NCBI GenBank assembly: GCA_020137815.1
Contig: CM035351.1
Coordinates: 2,170,001-2,234,000 of the forward strand
DNA length: 64,000 bases
Source of the DNA: Hormiphora californensis
Taxonomy: Eukaryota; Animalia; Ctenophora
Direction: 5' to 3'
The position numbers and the translations under genes were made by a program. The notes below the pieces were generated by a model. That model saw only the letters and a list, made by a program, of their open reading frames with translations, was not told the DNA's origin and ran no database searches. This document shows, piece by piece, positions 35,701 to 53,318 of the stretch (positions within the stretch are counted from its first letter, which is position 1; each line of letters starts with the position of its first letter).

Positions 35701-36496
35701 TGTTACTTAATTAAAACTTCGAAAATCCTAAAACCAAGTACATTTAATTTGTACCTGTCAGCTATGTGTTGTCGGACAATATTAATGCACTCTGTAGGTG
35801 TTTCCATTGAGGTAAAACAGACAAGGCGGGCGTGACGGGGTGTCGGTGAGCCCAGTAGCGAGTTCTGGATATCAACCATGGACATCTCCTCAGCCGATAA
35901 TAGGCATTGCTGGGAGGGTGTAGGGGTTACAATACTACAGGGTATGGAGTCCATAATTGCACATGATAGTCCATACTATGGACAACACTGCTGTGCACAA
36001 AATGAAGACATACATTCTTCCTCAAAACTAGTAAAAGATGTCATGATGACTAAATACCTGCAAGGCGAGGGATAGGTTGTGTTGGGTGGCACCCTGTGGT
36101 GGACCAAGCCTTGCTAACTGCTCCACTATCTTGGATATCCCTAGTTGGTCTGTCCAACTGTTTAGGTAGGTGAGCTTATCATCAGCTGTAAGCAACATCA
36201 ACTGTGTGATGGGAGAGGTATTGGATACAGAATGGGAGAGGGGGATACTAACAGGGTGGGAGAGGGGGAATGGAGATTAGATACTAACAGGGCGAGATAA
36301 GATGGGAATATATACTAACAGGGTGGGAGAGGGGACAGATATCCAAGATGATCCGGGTATATTCCACGACTGCCTCCATAGTCAAGGTCCACTTTGATTG
36401 GTGGGCAGTGAACTCCTCCATGCTAATGGTCTGGTCGGTGGTAGCTGCCATCACCTCCCGGTGATCCATCAGTATCACCGTCTTGGTGGCGGACAT
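20780..36496 (-). CDS. INTS13: Integrator complex subunit 13 / Asunder, multi-exon, with two large introns hosting nested genes
   Basis: Exon translations KTVILMDH..SKWTLTMEAVVEYTRIILDI; LNSW..GPP; HDLTITTITQIPMK|EEQ..SPLDVSERPTICLVNFLL; HGG..SILDD..GGK|VVDYR; LERYTSYMPLTYSQ; GLWEELERL; KEFAGRL follow the INTS13 motif order. One junction phase (35755->26212) is unresolved. Confidence 0.85.
23671..23700 (+). promoter_or_regulatory. Putative TATA box + initiator for the nested secreted-peptide gene
   Basis: TATATAA at 23671-23677 and TCAGT (Inr-like) at 23696-23700, ~27 bp spacing, 150-180 bp upstream of the ATG. Confidence 0.45.
23854..24210 (+). CDS. Small secreted protein, 79 aa, two coding exons (23854-23953, 24071-24210), nested antisense in an INTS13 intron
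   Basis: MSSTRVLFVVSAILLVACTAS (signal-peptide-like) + NVMDYLYMVDAL|DNANTVCFDKTITLQDIAAMIDIRLEEGKNKQNLESACDIYCTNLY*. G|gtaag donor and ttccag acceptor are in phase. Confidence 0.7.
26926..27016. repeat. 11-bp tandem repeat GAGTGACACGT (contains CACGTG) in the foldback arm; shorter mirror array at ~29357-29408
   Basis: Visible periodicity; copy number differs between the two arms. Confidence 0.85.
28110..28701. mobile_element. MITE nested in the foldback, with TIRs GGGGGGTCCAGCCCTAAAAAAAGCTAA and (AAAAAAGCT)n subrepeats
   Basis: Terminal inverted repeats at both ends, flanked by duplicated AAAGAG; absent from the mirror arm. Confidence 0.7.
29900..31315. mobile_element. Probable non-autonomous DNA transposon, degenerate
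   Basis: Imperfect TIR AGGGGCCTGGAGGGAATACCGCG vs reverse complement AGGGGACTGAAGGGAATGCCGCG; AT-rich non-coding interior; no clear TSD. Confidence 0.45.
31394..35014 (+). CDS. Intronless LDL-receptor class A repeat rhodopsin-type GPCR (GRL101/LGR-related, no obvious LRRs), nested antisense in an INTS13 intron; three +1 frameshifts (~31990, ~32400, ~32840) - pseudogene or assembly errors
   Basis: Signal peptide MFLAVIGVLVEIVLLSPGVA; LDLa motifs ICDGTDDCASGMDE, VCDLVDDCGDRSDE, KCDKKTDCKDFSDE; 7TM with LAISFGDL, TDFCCWLP, NSVLNPLLY. Confidence 0.8.
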
Positions 36497-36865
36497 GGTG
36501 CTAGAACAGAGGTTGGGGTTATTAGAGTGAGGTAACTAGGGGTAAACCTAGGGGGAACTAGGGGTAACCAGCTTGGTTACTAAGGAGAATTGAGTAATGG
36601 GCAACGGTAGGGTTATAGAGAATGAAACACGTTATTTGAAATATAGGGATAGTACAAATAATGTGAAATGAGTTTTAAAAATGAGGGGTAAAAAGGATAA
36701 AAGAGAGAACAATTCACAGTTTCTGTCACATGATCCTCTCACTACAACTACGGTATAATAGATCTGTCAGGCCAATGCTCTGACAGGTATAGATCGATCC
36801 GACCAGCCACGATTTGGCACATGAGCACACAATCGGTCAATCGTCAATCACATGAGACGGCATCT

Positions 36866-42698
<5,833 letters not shown>

Positions 42699-42943
42699 AT
42701 TACAAAGGAGCTAGAAGGAGCTAGGGGAGGTGGATAGTTTGTACTGGGGAAGCTATAATAGGGGTGGGATGACATGGGAGGGGAGTTAATACACCCTGTC
42801 TTACATCACATGAACATATATCTTGAAAAGTAACAACTGTACACAAAAAATACACTCGACCCATATCTACTATCTACATGAACTGTGTACTACACGGATC
42901 TGAGTGAGTCAACTGTCTACTGATAGGAAACCAATGTATCGTG

Positions 42944-45900
42944 TCACGTAAAGACATCAAAGAATGGGAAAGCAGCGGTGTCAGGGCTCAACAAATCCAC
43001 TAGAAAACAAAGTGTACCCGCCCAGCCCTCAAACAATGAGTAAGGTCTATCTGGGGTTCGGGATCCCGCTGCAAATTCCTCAGTAAATATAAATTGTGCA
43101 AACTGGTGTGCCCTCCACAGGTGTTTGGGTTGTTTAGTGGTCCGATAGAGCGCCAGAAACGCATAACCACTCCCTGCGATCCCATGGCAAATACCGGGCC
43201 CCTTTTTCAGTAATCCTCTCTTCCATAACCCCTCACCCCCGGCCCTTAGTGAAGCCTCCCCAAACTTTGCATCCTTCAAGACCTGGTTGGCCCTAATCAG
43301 AAAATAAATGACACCCGGGGATCCATGGCACCAATGCCATAGTGAGTCCCGGGTTTCATTCAAGCACGCCGGGTAGTTGTGGTTGGCTGTCTCACAGCTC
43401 AGGACAGAATAGGACGCAGCCCTCACATCCTCCCTATCCTGTTTGTTAGATAACAGGGTGTGAACTGCATGTCGTGTTTGCTAGTCGCGAGCGCGCTTGC
43501 GAGACAAGCAAACACGTCAAGGTTCATTAACAAGCATGCTGCTCAGTCATTTTAGATTTAATACACAATGTAAGGATACCATGTAATAGGTGAGACTCTT
43601 GCCGTCACCCTCGTTCAAGTCCCGTGAAAAACGGAGCAGTACACGCAAACTGATGCCCATTTTCCTCGCGTGACCCCGATTCAGCAGTTTGAGACACCAA
43701 CTCTTTAGGGGGCCATATCTCAGGAACCAGACAAGATAGGAAAAATCGCCGTCTAACGAGGCGTACAGTTTTTAATCTAGTTTACCACTGTACCGGCCGT
43801 TTCACTCTCCGACCTAAAACAAAAATCGCAACCCCACAAAACTTCAAAATAATGAAATTCGCATCTCGCATGTCGTGTTGCATGTCGTGTTGCATGTCGT
43901 GTCATGTTATTGACGCGCTCGCGTTCAACTCTCACACAGCAGCTGCAGAACATGGCGGGAAACATCGAGGAGTAGAGAGAGGGTCGGTGCCGAATCAAAT
44001 ATTTCTTGATCTTGATCTACTCCATCTCTCAGCTATCCTACCCCTCATCAACTCGATCTCTCAGCTACCCTACCCCTCATCTACTCCATCTTTCAGCTAC
44101 CCTACCCCTCATCTACTCCATCTTTCAGCTACCCTACCCCTTATCTAGTCCATCTCTCAGCTACCCTACTCCTCATCTACTCCATCTCTCAGCTTCCTTA
44201 TTAGGGAAGCATAGAGATGGAAACCATTAGGGGTAGGGAATCCCTATCCATAATCGTTTCCATCTCTATGCTTCCCTAGCCCTCATCAACTCCATCTTTC
44301 AGCTACCCTACCCCTAATCTAGTCCATCTCTCCGCTACCCTACTCCTCATCTACTCCATCTCTCAGCTACCCTACCTCCCATTTACTCCATCTCTCAGCT
44401 ACCCTACCTCCCATTTACTCCATCTCTCAGCTTCCCTACCTCCCATTTACTCCATCTCTCAGCTTACCTACCTCCCATTTACTCCATATCTCAGCTTCCC
44501 TAACTGCCAATTTACTCCATCTTTCAGATACCCTACCTCCCATTTACTCCATCTCTCAGCTTACCTACCTCACATTTACTCCATCTCTCAGCTTCCCTAC
44601 CTCCCATTTACTCCATCTCTCAGCTTCCCTACCTCCCATTTACTCCATCTCTCAGCTACCCAACCTCCCATTCACTCCATCTATCAGCTACCCTACCTCC
44701 CATTTACTCCATCTCTCAGCTTCCCTACCTCCCATTTACTCCATCTCTCAGCTTCCCTACCTCCCATTTACTCCATCTCTCAGCTTACCTACCCCCCATT
44801 TACTCCATATCTCAGCTTCCCTACCTGCCATTTACTCCATCTTTCAGATACCCTACCTCCCATTTACTCCATCTCTCAGCTTACCTACCTCCCATTTACT
44901 CCATCCCTCAGCTTCCCTACCTCCCATTTATTCCATCCCTGCCTCCCATTTACTCCATCTCTCAGCTACCCTACCTCCCATTCACTCCATCTCTCAGCTA
45001 CCCTACCACCCATTTACTCCATCTCTCAGCTTCCCTACCTCCCATTTACTCCATCTCTCAGCTTCCCTACCTCCCATTTACTCCATCCCTGCCTCCCATT
45101 TACTCCATCTCTCAGCTACCCTACCTCCCATTCACTCCATCTCTCAGCTACCCTACCTGCCATTTACTCCATCTCTCAGATACCCTACCTCCCATTTACT
45201 CCATCTCTCAGCTTACCTACCTTCCATTTACCCCATCTCTCAGCTTCCCTACCTCCCATTTACTCCATCTCTCAGCTACCCTACCTCCCATTTACTCCAT
45301 CCCTCAGCTTCCCTACCTGCCATTCACTCCATCTCTCAGCTACCCTACCTCCCATTTACTCCATCTCTCAGCTACCCTACCTCCCATTTACTCCATCTCT
45401 CAGCTACCCTACCTCCCATTTACTCCATATCTCAGCTTCCCTACCTCCCATTTACTCCATCTCTCAGCTTACCTACCTCCCATTTACTCCATCTCTCAGC
45501 TACCCTACCTCCCATTTACTCCATCTCTCAGCTTACCTACCTCCCATTTACTCCATCTCTCAGCTTCCCTACCTCCCATTTACTCCATCCCTCAGCTACC
45601 CTACCTCCCATTTACTCCATCTCTCAGCTTACCTACCTCCCATTTACTCCATCTCTCAGCTTCCCTACCTCCCATTTACTCCATCCCTCAGCTTCCCTAC
45701 CTCCCATTTACTCTATCTCTCAGCTACCCTACCTCCCATTTACTCCATCTCTCAGCTTCCCTACCTGCCATTTACTCCATCTCTCAGATACCCTACCTCC
45801 CATTTACTCCATCTCTCAGCTTACCTACCTTCCATTTACCCCATCTCTCAGCTTCCCTACCTCCCATTTACTCCATCTCTCAGCTACATTACCTTCCATT

Positions 45901-48646
45901 TACTCCATCTCTCAGCTTCCCTACCTCCCATTTACTCCATCTCTCAGCTACCCTACCTCCCTTTTACTCCATCTCTCAGCTACCCTACCTCCCATTTACT
46001 CCATCTCTCGGGAAGCTGAGAGATGGAGTAAATGGGAGGTAGGGTAGCTGAGAGATGGAGTAAATGGGAGGTAGGGAAGTTGAGAGATGGAGTAAATGGG
46101 AGGTAGGGAAGCTGAGGGATGGAGTAAATGGGAGGTAGGGAAGCTGAGAGATGGAGTAAATGGGAGGTAGGGAAGCTGAGAAATGGAGTAAATGGGTGGT
46201 AGGGTAGCTGAGAGATGGAGTAAATGGGAGGTAGGGTATCTGAGAGATGGAGTAAATGGCAGGTAGGGAAGCTGAGAGATGGAGTAAATGGGAGGTAGGG
46301 TAGCTGAGAGATAGAGTAAATGGGAGGTAGGGAAGCTGAGGGATGGAGTAAATGGGAGGTAGGGAAGCTGAGAGATGGAGTAAATGGGAGGTAGGTAAGC
46401 TGAGAGATGGAGTAAATGGGAGGTAGGGTAGCTGAGGGATGGAGTAAATGGGAGGTAGGGAAGCTGAGAGATGGAGTAAATGGGAGGTAGGTAAGCTGAG
46501 AGATGGAGTAAATGGGAGGTAGGGTAGCTGAGAGATGGAGTAAATGGGAGGTAGGTAAGCTGAGAGATGGAGTAAATGGGAGGTAGGGAAGCTGAGATAT
46601 GGAGTAAATGGGAGGTAGGGTAGCTGAGAGATGGAGTAAATGGGAGGTAGGGTAGCTGAGAGATGGAGTAAATGGGAGGTAGGGTAGCTGAGAGATGGAG
46701 TGAATGGCAGGTAGGGAAGCTGAGGGATGGAGTAAATGGGAGGTAGGGTAGCTGAGAGATGGAGTAAATGGGAGGTAGGGAAGCTGAGAGATGGGGTAAA
46801 TGGAAGGTAGGTAAGCTGAGAGATGGAGTAAATGGGAGGTAGGGTATCTGAGAGATGGAGTAAATGGCAGGTAGGGAAGCTGAGATATGGAGTAAATGGG
46901 AGGTAGGTAAGCTGAGAGATGGAGTAAATGGGGGGTAGGGAAGCTGAGAGATGGAGTAAATGGGAGGTAGGGTAGCTGAGAGATGGAGTAGATGAGGAGT
47001 AGGGTAGCGGAGAGATGGACTAGATTAGGGGTAGGGTAGCTGAAAGATGGAGTTGATGAGGGCTAGGGAAGCATAGAGATGGAAACGATTATGGATAGGG
47101 ATTCCCTACCCCTAATCGTTTCCATCTCTATGCTTCCCTAATAGGGAAGCTGAGAGATGGAGTAGATGAGGAGTAGGGTAGCTGAGAGATGGACTAGATA
47201 AGGGGTAGGGTAGCTGAAAGATGGAGTAGATGAGGGGTAGGGTAGCTGAAAGATGGAGTAGATGAGGGGTAGGGTAGCTGAGAGATCGAGTTGATGAGGG
47301 GTAGGATAGCTGAGAGATGGAGTAGATCAAGATCAAGAAATATTTGATTCGGCACCGACCCTCTCTCTACTCCTCGATGTTTCCCGCCATGTTCTGCAGC
47401 TGCTGTGTGAGAGTTGAACGCGAGCGCGTCAATAACATGACACGACATGCAACACGACATGCAACACGACATGCGAGATGCGAATTTCATTATTTTGAAG
47501 TTTTGTGGGGTTGCGATTTTTGTTTTAGGTCGGAGAGTGAAACGGCCGGTACAGTGGTAAACTAGATTAAAAACTGTACGCCTCGTTAGACGGCGATTTT
47601 TCCTATCTTGTCTGGTTCCTGAGATATGGCCCCCTAAAGAGTTGGTGTCTCAAACTGCTGAATCGGGGTCACGCGAGGAAAATGGGCATCAGTTTGCGTG
47701 TACTGCTCCGTTTTTCACGGGACTTGAACGAGGGTGACGGCAAGAGTCTCACCTATTACATGGTATCCTTACATTGTGTATTAAATCTAAAATGACTGAG
47801 CAGCATGCTTGTTAATGAACCTTGACGTGTTTGCTTGTCTCGCAAGCGCGCTCGCGACTAGCAAACACGACATGCAGTTCACACCCTGGATAAAGGAAAG
47901 GAGAGGACCATTTGGAGGATGGACGACAGACCATGTGCTGCCCCAAGATAAAGAGAATCATAATAACTATACATTAGAGGGCAGGGAGAGCCCAGTTTGC
48001 GGGATAACTTCCGTCCTGATTGAATGGTTGAGTTGATTATAGTACCCACCACAACCCCTGGCACGGCCTCCTCCCCAAGATGTTTCCGAAGGTACAGTAC
48101 CCCACAGAGATACCCGGCCCGCCCCACCAACAATTCATCTCCCCCACATGACAGGAAATCAACAGGGGAACACATTTCATGGAGCCTGATAAACTTATCC
48201 AAATACAGGTCTGATAGCGCCTTATTGGTGTTGGAGTACATCACAGCCGCGAGAGCGTACACACCCGCGTGTCCAAGAAAAAACGCTACACCCGTTGATC
48301 GTTTCCGTTCCGATTTCTTGCTGCAATATTCTAACGCCACCTCCAGGTACTTTCGAGCGAGTGTGGTGCAGTTATTCCGTGTTTCCTCCCGGACAGATGG
48401 GGACTGTGAGACGTGGTGGAGAGCAAACGCAATACCGGATATCCCAACATAGAGACCTCCCTCCTCCTCTCGGGGATCCGGTGGCATGTTCTTGGAGATA
48501 AGATCGACAATATTATCCACCTCTTGGATAAGGTCAGTACGGTATTTCCCCTGGATATCTGGGACCGACATGGCGGTGTTGGGGTAGTCAGAGAGGTTGT
48601 TCTCGAAGTATCTCCGTTGGTATCCCATATGCCCGTGAGATGCCAT
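42944..48646 (-). CDS. LANCL3: LanC-like protein 3, interrupted in coding sequence by a 4.4 kb foldback element (43454-47888)
   Basis: GGLYVGISGIA, DELLVGRAGYL and YLGAAHGLSSILQM upstream; WCHGSPG, LKKGPGICHGIAG and YSLFEG downstream. Removing the element plus one TSD restores ...FPLSNKQDREDV... in frame. Confidence 0.9.
43454..47888. mobile_element. 4435-bp palindromic foldback element: ~550-bp unique TIRs starting CAGGGTGTGAAC plus inverted 32-bp satellite arrays; 5-bp TSD GATAA
   Basis: The ends are exact reverse complements (mirrored ORFs 43852+/47194- and 43777-/47344+). TSD at 43449-43453 and 47889-47893. No transposase ORF. Confidence 0.9.
44015..47335. repeat. 32-bp satellite (CCCTACCTCCCATTTACTCCATCTCTCAGCTW)n that inverts orientation at ~46009/46010
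   Basis: 32-bp periodicity; C-rich strand on the left, G-rich on the right, with no spacer at the inversion point. Confidence 0.93.
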
Positions 48647-48879
48647 GGTATGCAGCTACGGGACACTGAATAAGAAAGGAATAATTTTAGATACATCTTC
48701 CCTTTTACATTCACACATCTCAACTTTCAAACGAATGTCATAATAAATTGTTTCATGTACAAATCACAAAATATATCCCAAATAATCGACCGATCGACGG
48801 AGAACAAAAGTCCTCTAGCCGCATTGTCCCCATATTGCAAGTGGGAGGCACAAACAAAATACTGTCCCCTAGCATCGAA

Positions 48880-51800
48880 TCACGGCAGAGGGTAACTCTG
48901 AAGCAGTGAGGTAGCAGCCATTTTAATCATCATTGCATCCATATCCATCTGCAGATGAGTGTCAATGTTCCTCTGCAGACCCTCAACCACAATCCGGAGT
49001 TGATCCGGGTCAAAGTCGACCGTTGTTTCTACCATGGCCTGAAATAGGAAGAAGTATTTTAGGGGAGTAACCTTGATTACAGATCTTATAGGGGGTGGGG
49101 GGGCTTTTGACTTTCTAAGAGTGGGATACTATAGTTTTACTGTTAGTGATAGTGGTGATATATTCAATCTTGGGGTGATTCAGGATGATTAAAACATTTA
49201 AAAATTTAACAAATTACCTTCCTACTGAAGCACATAACAGAGTGTTTGATATAAGACAGTTTCAGCCTCGTTTCAACATGTAGATCCTCGCTCATCTGGT
49301 GTATAAGGCACAGGAGGGTGGCTGAGGGAGGGGAAGATGCAAACACAGACTCCACATTCATATCCCGGCAAGCTGACAGCAACACCTCTGTATCAGTGGC
49401 ACACAGCGCCTGAATGGGAATGGGGGATCATGATGGCGTGTATTTTACAATATAGTACCAGAACAAGTAACAACGGTGGAGTGGGCCTGGGGTGTAAAGT
49501 GTAAACTATTAGGCTAAAGCATATTAATCAATCGGGGTGTTCCGCGTTTAGTAAACCAAAAATGGTACCGTGTGTACCTTGTATATTGCGTCATGGTACT
49601 GCTGGTCAGCTATCAGGTTTGCAATCTGCGTGGAAACATCCTCCTGTATTGGTTGCACCTGTCGTGAGAGACAGTTGTTTGGCCGCACGTGCATCTCAAT
49701 TCTCAACTTGGTGTCACCCTTATAACTCCTACGCATAGCGCGGTAGAACGAGGCCCGCCTACTGCCTAGTCACGGCGTGCCTGGTGAAATTTTAACACGA
49801 CCTAGCATGCGACGGGAAACCACCACTTGTACGTGGTAGCTGAGGGTCTACAGAATGGCGCTACGGTGCGGGAAAAAACATTCCATTCCCTAAAATCTTT
49901 TTTTTTACTTTTATTTGATTTGGGTCAAAATTGGCTATATTAAACGTGGTCCCGAAAAATCCATAATGACTTAGCACACGAAATATGTTACCCCTACCTA
50001 TTTTTGCACGTAGAATCGATTGCCGTTGAAGTCGAATCTCTAGAATGACTGTAAAATGGTCAAAAGTTGATTTTTTACCATTTTTTGGAGGTTTTTGGCC
50101 CCTAAACCATTGAAAACGTTGAGATAGGAATTTGAAACTAGTGCCAATCGTTAAAATGGTCATTTTTCTACCAAGAACCAAGTTTTCGTGTATATCCGAT
50201 TTATGGTTAGATTTGGGCAAATTGTTGAAATCTGCCAACTAGGAGAACCGTAACTTGATTTTCTTGTTTTTTGGATTTTGGCATTTTTGACAAACTTCTG
50301 ATTGAAATGGTCAATCGGGACCATGCTTAAGTTGTTTATGGGACAATTTTCGACTAAAATCCAAGATTTCATACCAATCCAATAACAGATCGTTGATTTA
50401 TAGAAAATTTAAGTAGGCAAAACGGTGAAAATAAGCAAGAAAAGTTGTCATTTTGACCGTTTTGCCTACTTAAATTTTCTATAAATCAACGATCTGTTAT
50501 TGGATTGGTATGAAATCTTGGATTTTAGTCGAAAATTGTCCCATAAACAACTTAAGCATGGTCCCGATTGACCATTTCAATCAGAAGTTTGTCAAAAATG
50601 CCAAAATCCAAAAAACAAGAAAATCAAGTTACGGTTCTCCTAGTTGGCAGATTTCAACAATTTGCCCAAATCTAACCATAAATCGGATATACACGAAAAC
50701 TTGGTTCTTGGTAGAAAAATGACCATTTTAACGATTGGCACTAGTTTCAAATTCCTATCTCAACGTTTTCAATGGTTTAGGGGCCAAAAACCTCCAAAAA
50801 ATGGTAAAAAATCAACTTTTGACCATTTTACAGTCATTCTAGAGATTCGACTTCAACGGCAATCGATTCTACGTGCAAAAATAGGTAGGGGTAACATATT
50901 TCGTGTGCTAAGTCATTATGGATTTTTCGGGACCACGTTTAATATAGCCAATTTTGACCCAAATCAAATAAAAGTAAAAAAAAAGATTTTAGGGAATGGA
51001 ATGTTTTTTCCCGCACCGTAGCGCCATTCTGTAGACCCTCAGCTACCACGTACAAGTGGTGGTTTCCCGTCGCATGCTAGGTCGTGTTAAAATTTCACCA
51101 GGCACGCCGTGTAGTATAGCGGGCCGAGAGAGGTGACGGCGCCACCAATGTCTCAACTCGTCCTCTGGTTGTGATATCTTGAGTCAAGAGGCACTGATCA
51201 GCCTGGTACTAAGCGTGATCAGTACTGATGCCTGACACACGACCAAGACATAAAAAAATGCGGTGTCGGTAGTCATGTATTAAACCACGTACCTGAACTT
51301 TCATTATATCGCTGATGTGACTGAAAGAGAAGACACACGTTAATTCAGAGGGTAAAGCAAGAAAACAATAACGTGTCACTTTGGTAACCAAGGAGATTGT
51401 ACGTTACTATGCACGTTACTATGGTAACCAATCAGGTTACCTGTTGATTCGTTCCTCAAAGTTAGGGTCCAAGTTGATGTTTTTTGTAGATTGTTCTAAG
51501 GCTGCAACCCGTTGCATTATGACAGATATCTTGTCTTGTACTGCTCTGCTGGTACCTGTGTAATCAGACACTAGAAATTTACTGGCGACAGAGTTAAAGT
51601 ACATAAAATTGATGGTGAGTACTATCAAGAGCTACCGAAAGTTGAAATCTTGTTACCATGAGATCTCTGAATTTCGCTAAAGTGTTTTGTCAAGTGTTGG
51701 TAGAGGGTGGAGCAGTGCCGCTTGTATATCGCATCCATCCCAGGTAGTAGCTCGTTCCCTACTGCCTCCCTGTATTTACCTACTATCGCATCTCCCATCA

Positions 51801-52801
51801 CCTAATAAAGAGGGGTGTGAGTGAAGATATGGATATATTGCCCCATGTAACGAGGGGTGATTAAATTTACATTCGCAGGATGTTTGCTAACTAACCCTAT
51901 TTAGCTCGTTATTTTGTTGCTCCAGTGAATTCGTGACGATATCCGAAGCGTTCTTTATCTCCCTCTCTATCTGTACTTGAGCGTTTTTCTGAATTTTGTT
52001 CACCCCCTCAGACAGATCTGGTGGGGATATTGGCGCTTTAATATCACAGGTAAACTAGGTAAATACAAACTTCTACTCCAGACTATAATAATTCGGCATG
52101 GGTCGGAAATCCAATAATCTATAGATATCCCTCCACCTCCCACGCACCGGACCCTGGTATCATCTCTGATGAAGTTCTTCGTTTTAGCTCTGTCAACTAC
52201 GATATGAGAAATTTAACTGATGATTATATGTTTCCATAAAGTTGTCTTACCTTTGGATAGCTGTGTGAGACTTTTCTTCTTGAATTCACTTTGTTGTGTT
52301 TCCAGGGACGTCCTAAAATGTGACTTCTTACACTCAGCCTCAAACCTCTCACACACACTCTCAATATTAAACTTCTCCGTGGTCATAGACCCCGGAGCTT
52401 TGGCCTCTCTCATCGCCTTGCTGATGTGTTTCTCTATCTCAATGGTAAGGGACGCTTTGAGGGAATTCACAGCCCCAGTCAGGCCCTCCAGGTGTTTTTG
52501 GCATGTCTTGAAGTCACTCTTCTTGACGAGAACGTATCCCTGCAAGTAGGAGAGATGTTTCATTGGAATTTAGCTGAGCTGTTGATGTAAGAAGAAAACC
52601 AGAAGGAAGAAGTGCACACAGTATATAACACACATCGCTTCTAGACTCACTAACAAAGACACATAACAGATGAAGAACACATGGGAAGAAGAAAAGAACA
52701 CAGAAACATAACAGGAGGAAGAAGGACACATAATAAGAGCAGTGAGCACGTCCAGAAAAAGGACCTACCTCGGGTGGTGCGATAAGGGTGTTGTCTGACA
52801 T
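48880..52801 (-). CDS. EDC4: EDC4/Ge-1/Varicose-like protein (coiled coil + C-terminal domain only within this window), multi-exon
   Basis: IANLIADQQYHDAIYK|ALCATDTEVLLSAC...LPSATLLCLIHQMSEDLHVETRLKLSYIKHSVM resembles the EDC4 C-terminal domain. First visible exon MSDNTLIAPPE|GYVLVKK. Confidence 0.65.
49771..51111. mobile_element. 1341-bp near-perfect palindromic element, CAC...GTG termini, 4-bp TSD TAGT (Chapaev/CMC-like non-autonomous)
   Basis: ~655-bp identical inverted arms (identical mirrored ORFs 49861-/50644+), ~25-30 bp central spacer, TSD at 49767-49770 and 51112-51115; located in an EDC4 intron. Confidence 0.88.
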
Positions 52802-53318
52802 GCTACTAGCTGTAATCAGTGTGTTTTGGTTAGTATGTAATGCGTATTCTGTGGAACACTATTTTCGTTAGACTGACACAAATATGCACAGTAATCGGTA
52901 ATAGTATTACTACTTAAAGGCAACTTTAGAGGTGCCGCCAGACTGGCTAGGGTCTATTGTTGTTATTTATGGCATATTGCCAGATTAAGGAAGTATATAA
53001 AATGAGGCTACTGGTGAAGCCACTTCACACTAAAAGATAACATGGTCTACACATTGTTATCATTTCTCACAAGTTGTGTAATTGCCACGTTTCTTGAAAC
53101 ATACAAAGTAGATACTCGTTGTAGTGAGTATACTCCTAGTTTACATGCATACTCTGATGTGTATACATTGTGACTTCTACAGCTATATAACAGTTATTGT
53201 CTATAATACGGTGCTCATATAGATCATTCACTGCGTGGGCATTGTTTGTTACATGTGTTTCTCTTAGCTCTAGATTGAGATCACCGTGTTGTTGGCGTTA
53301 TAAGCTGTGTTGTTTAAA

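Noticed and set aside
44015-47335. CRISPR-like 32-bp repeats
   Set aside because: Contiguous satellite units without spacers; no cas genes.
42944-48646. Bacterial lanthipeptide cluster / horizontal transfer (LanC + small peptide)
   Set aside because: The protein matches eukaryotic LanCL3 motifs, has no LanB/LanM/transporter neighbours, and is flanked by spliceosomal genes.
43777-51021. Duplicated ORF pairs (43852/47194, 43777/47344, 49861/50644, 50160/50510) as genes
   Set aside because: Mirror images produced by inverted-repeat arms; no recognisable domains.
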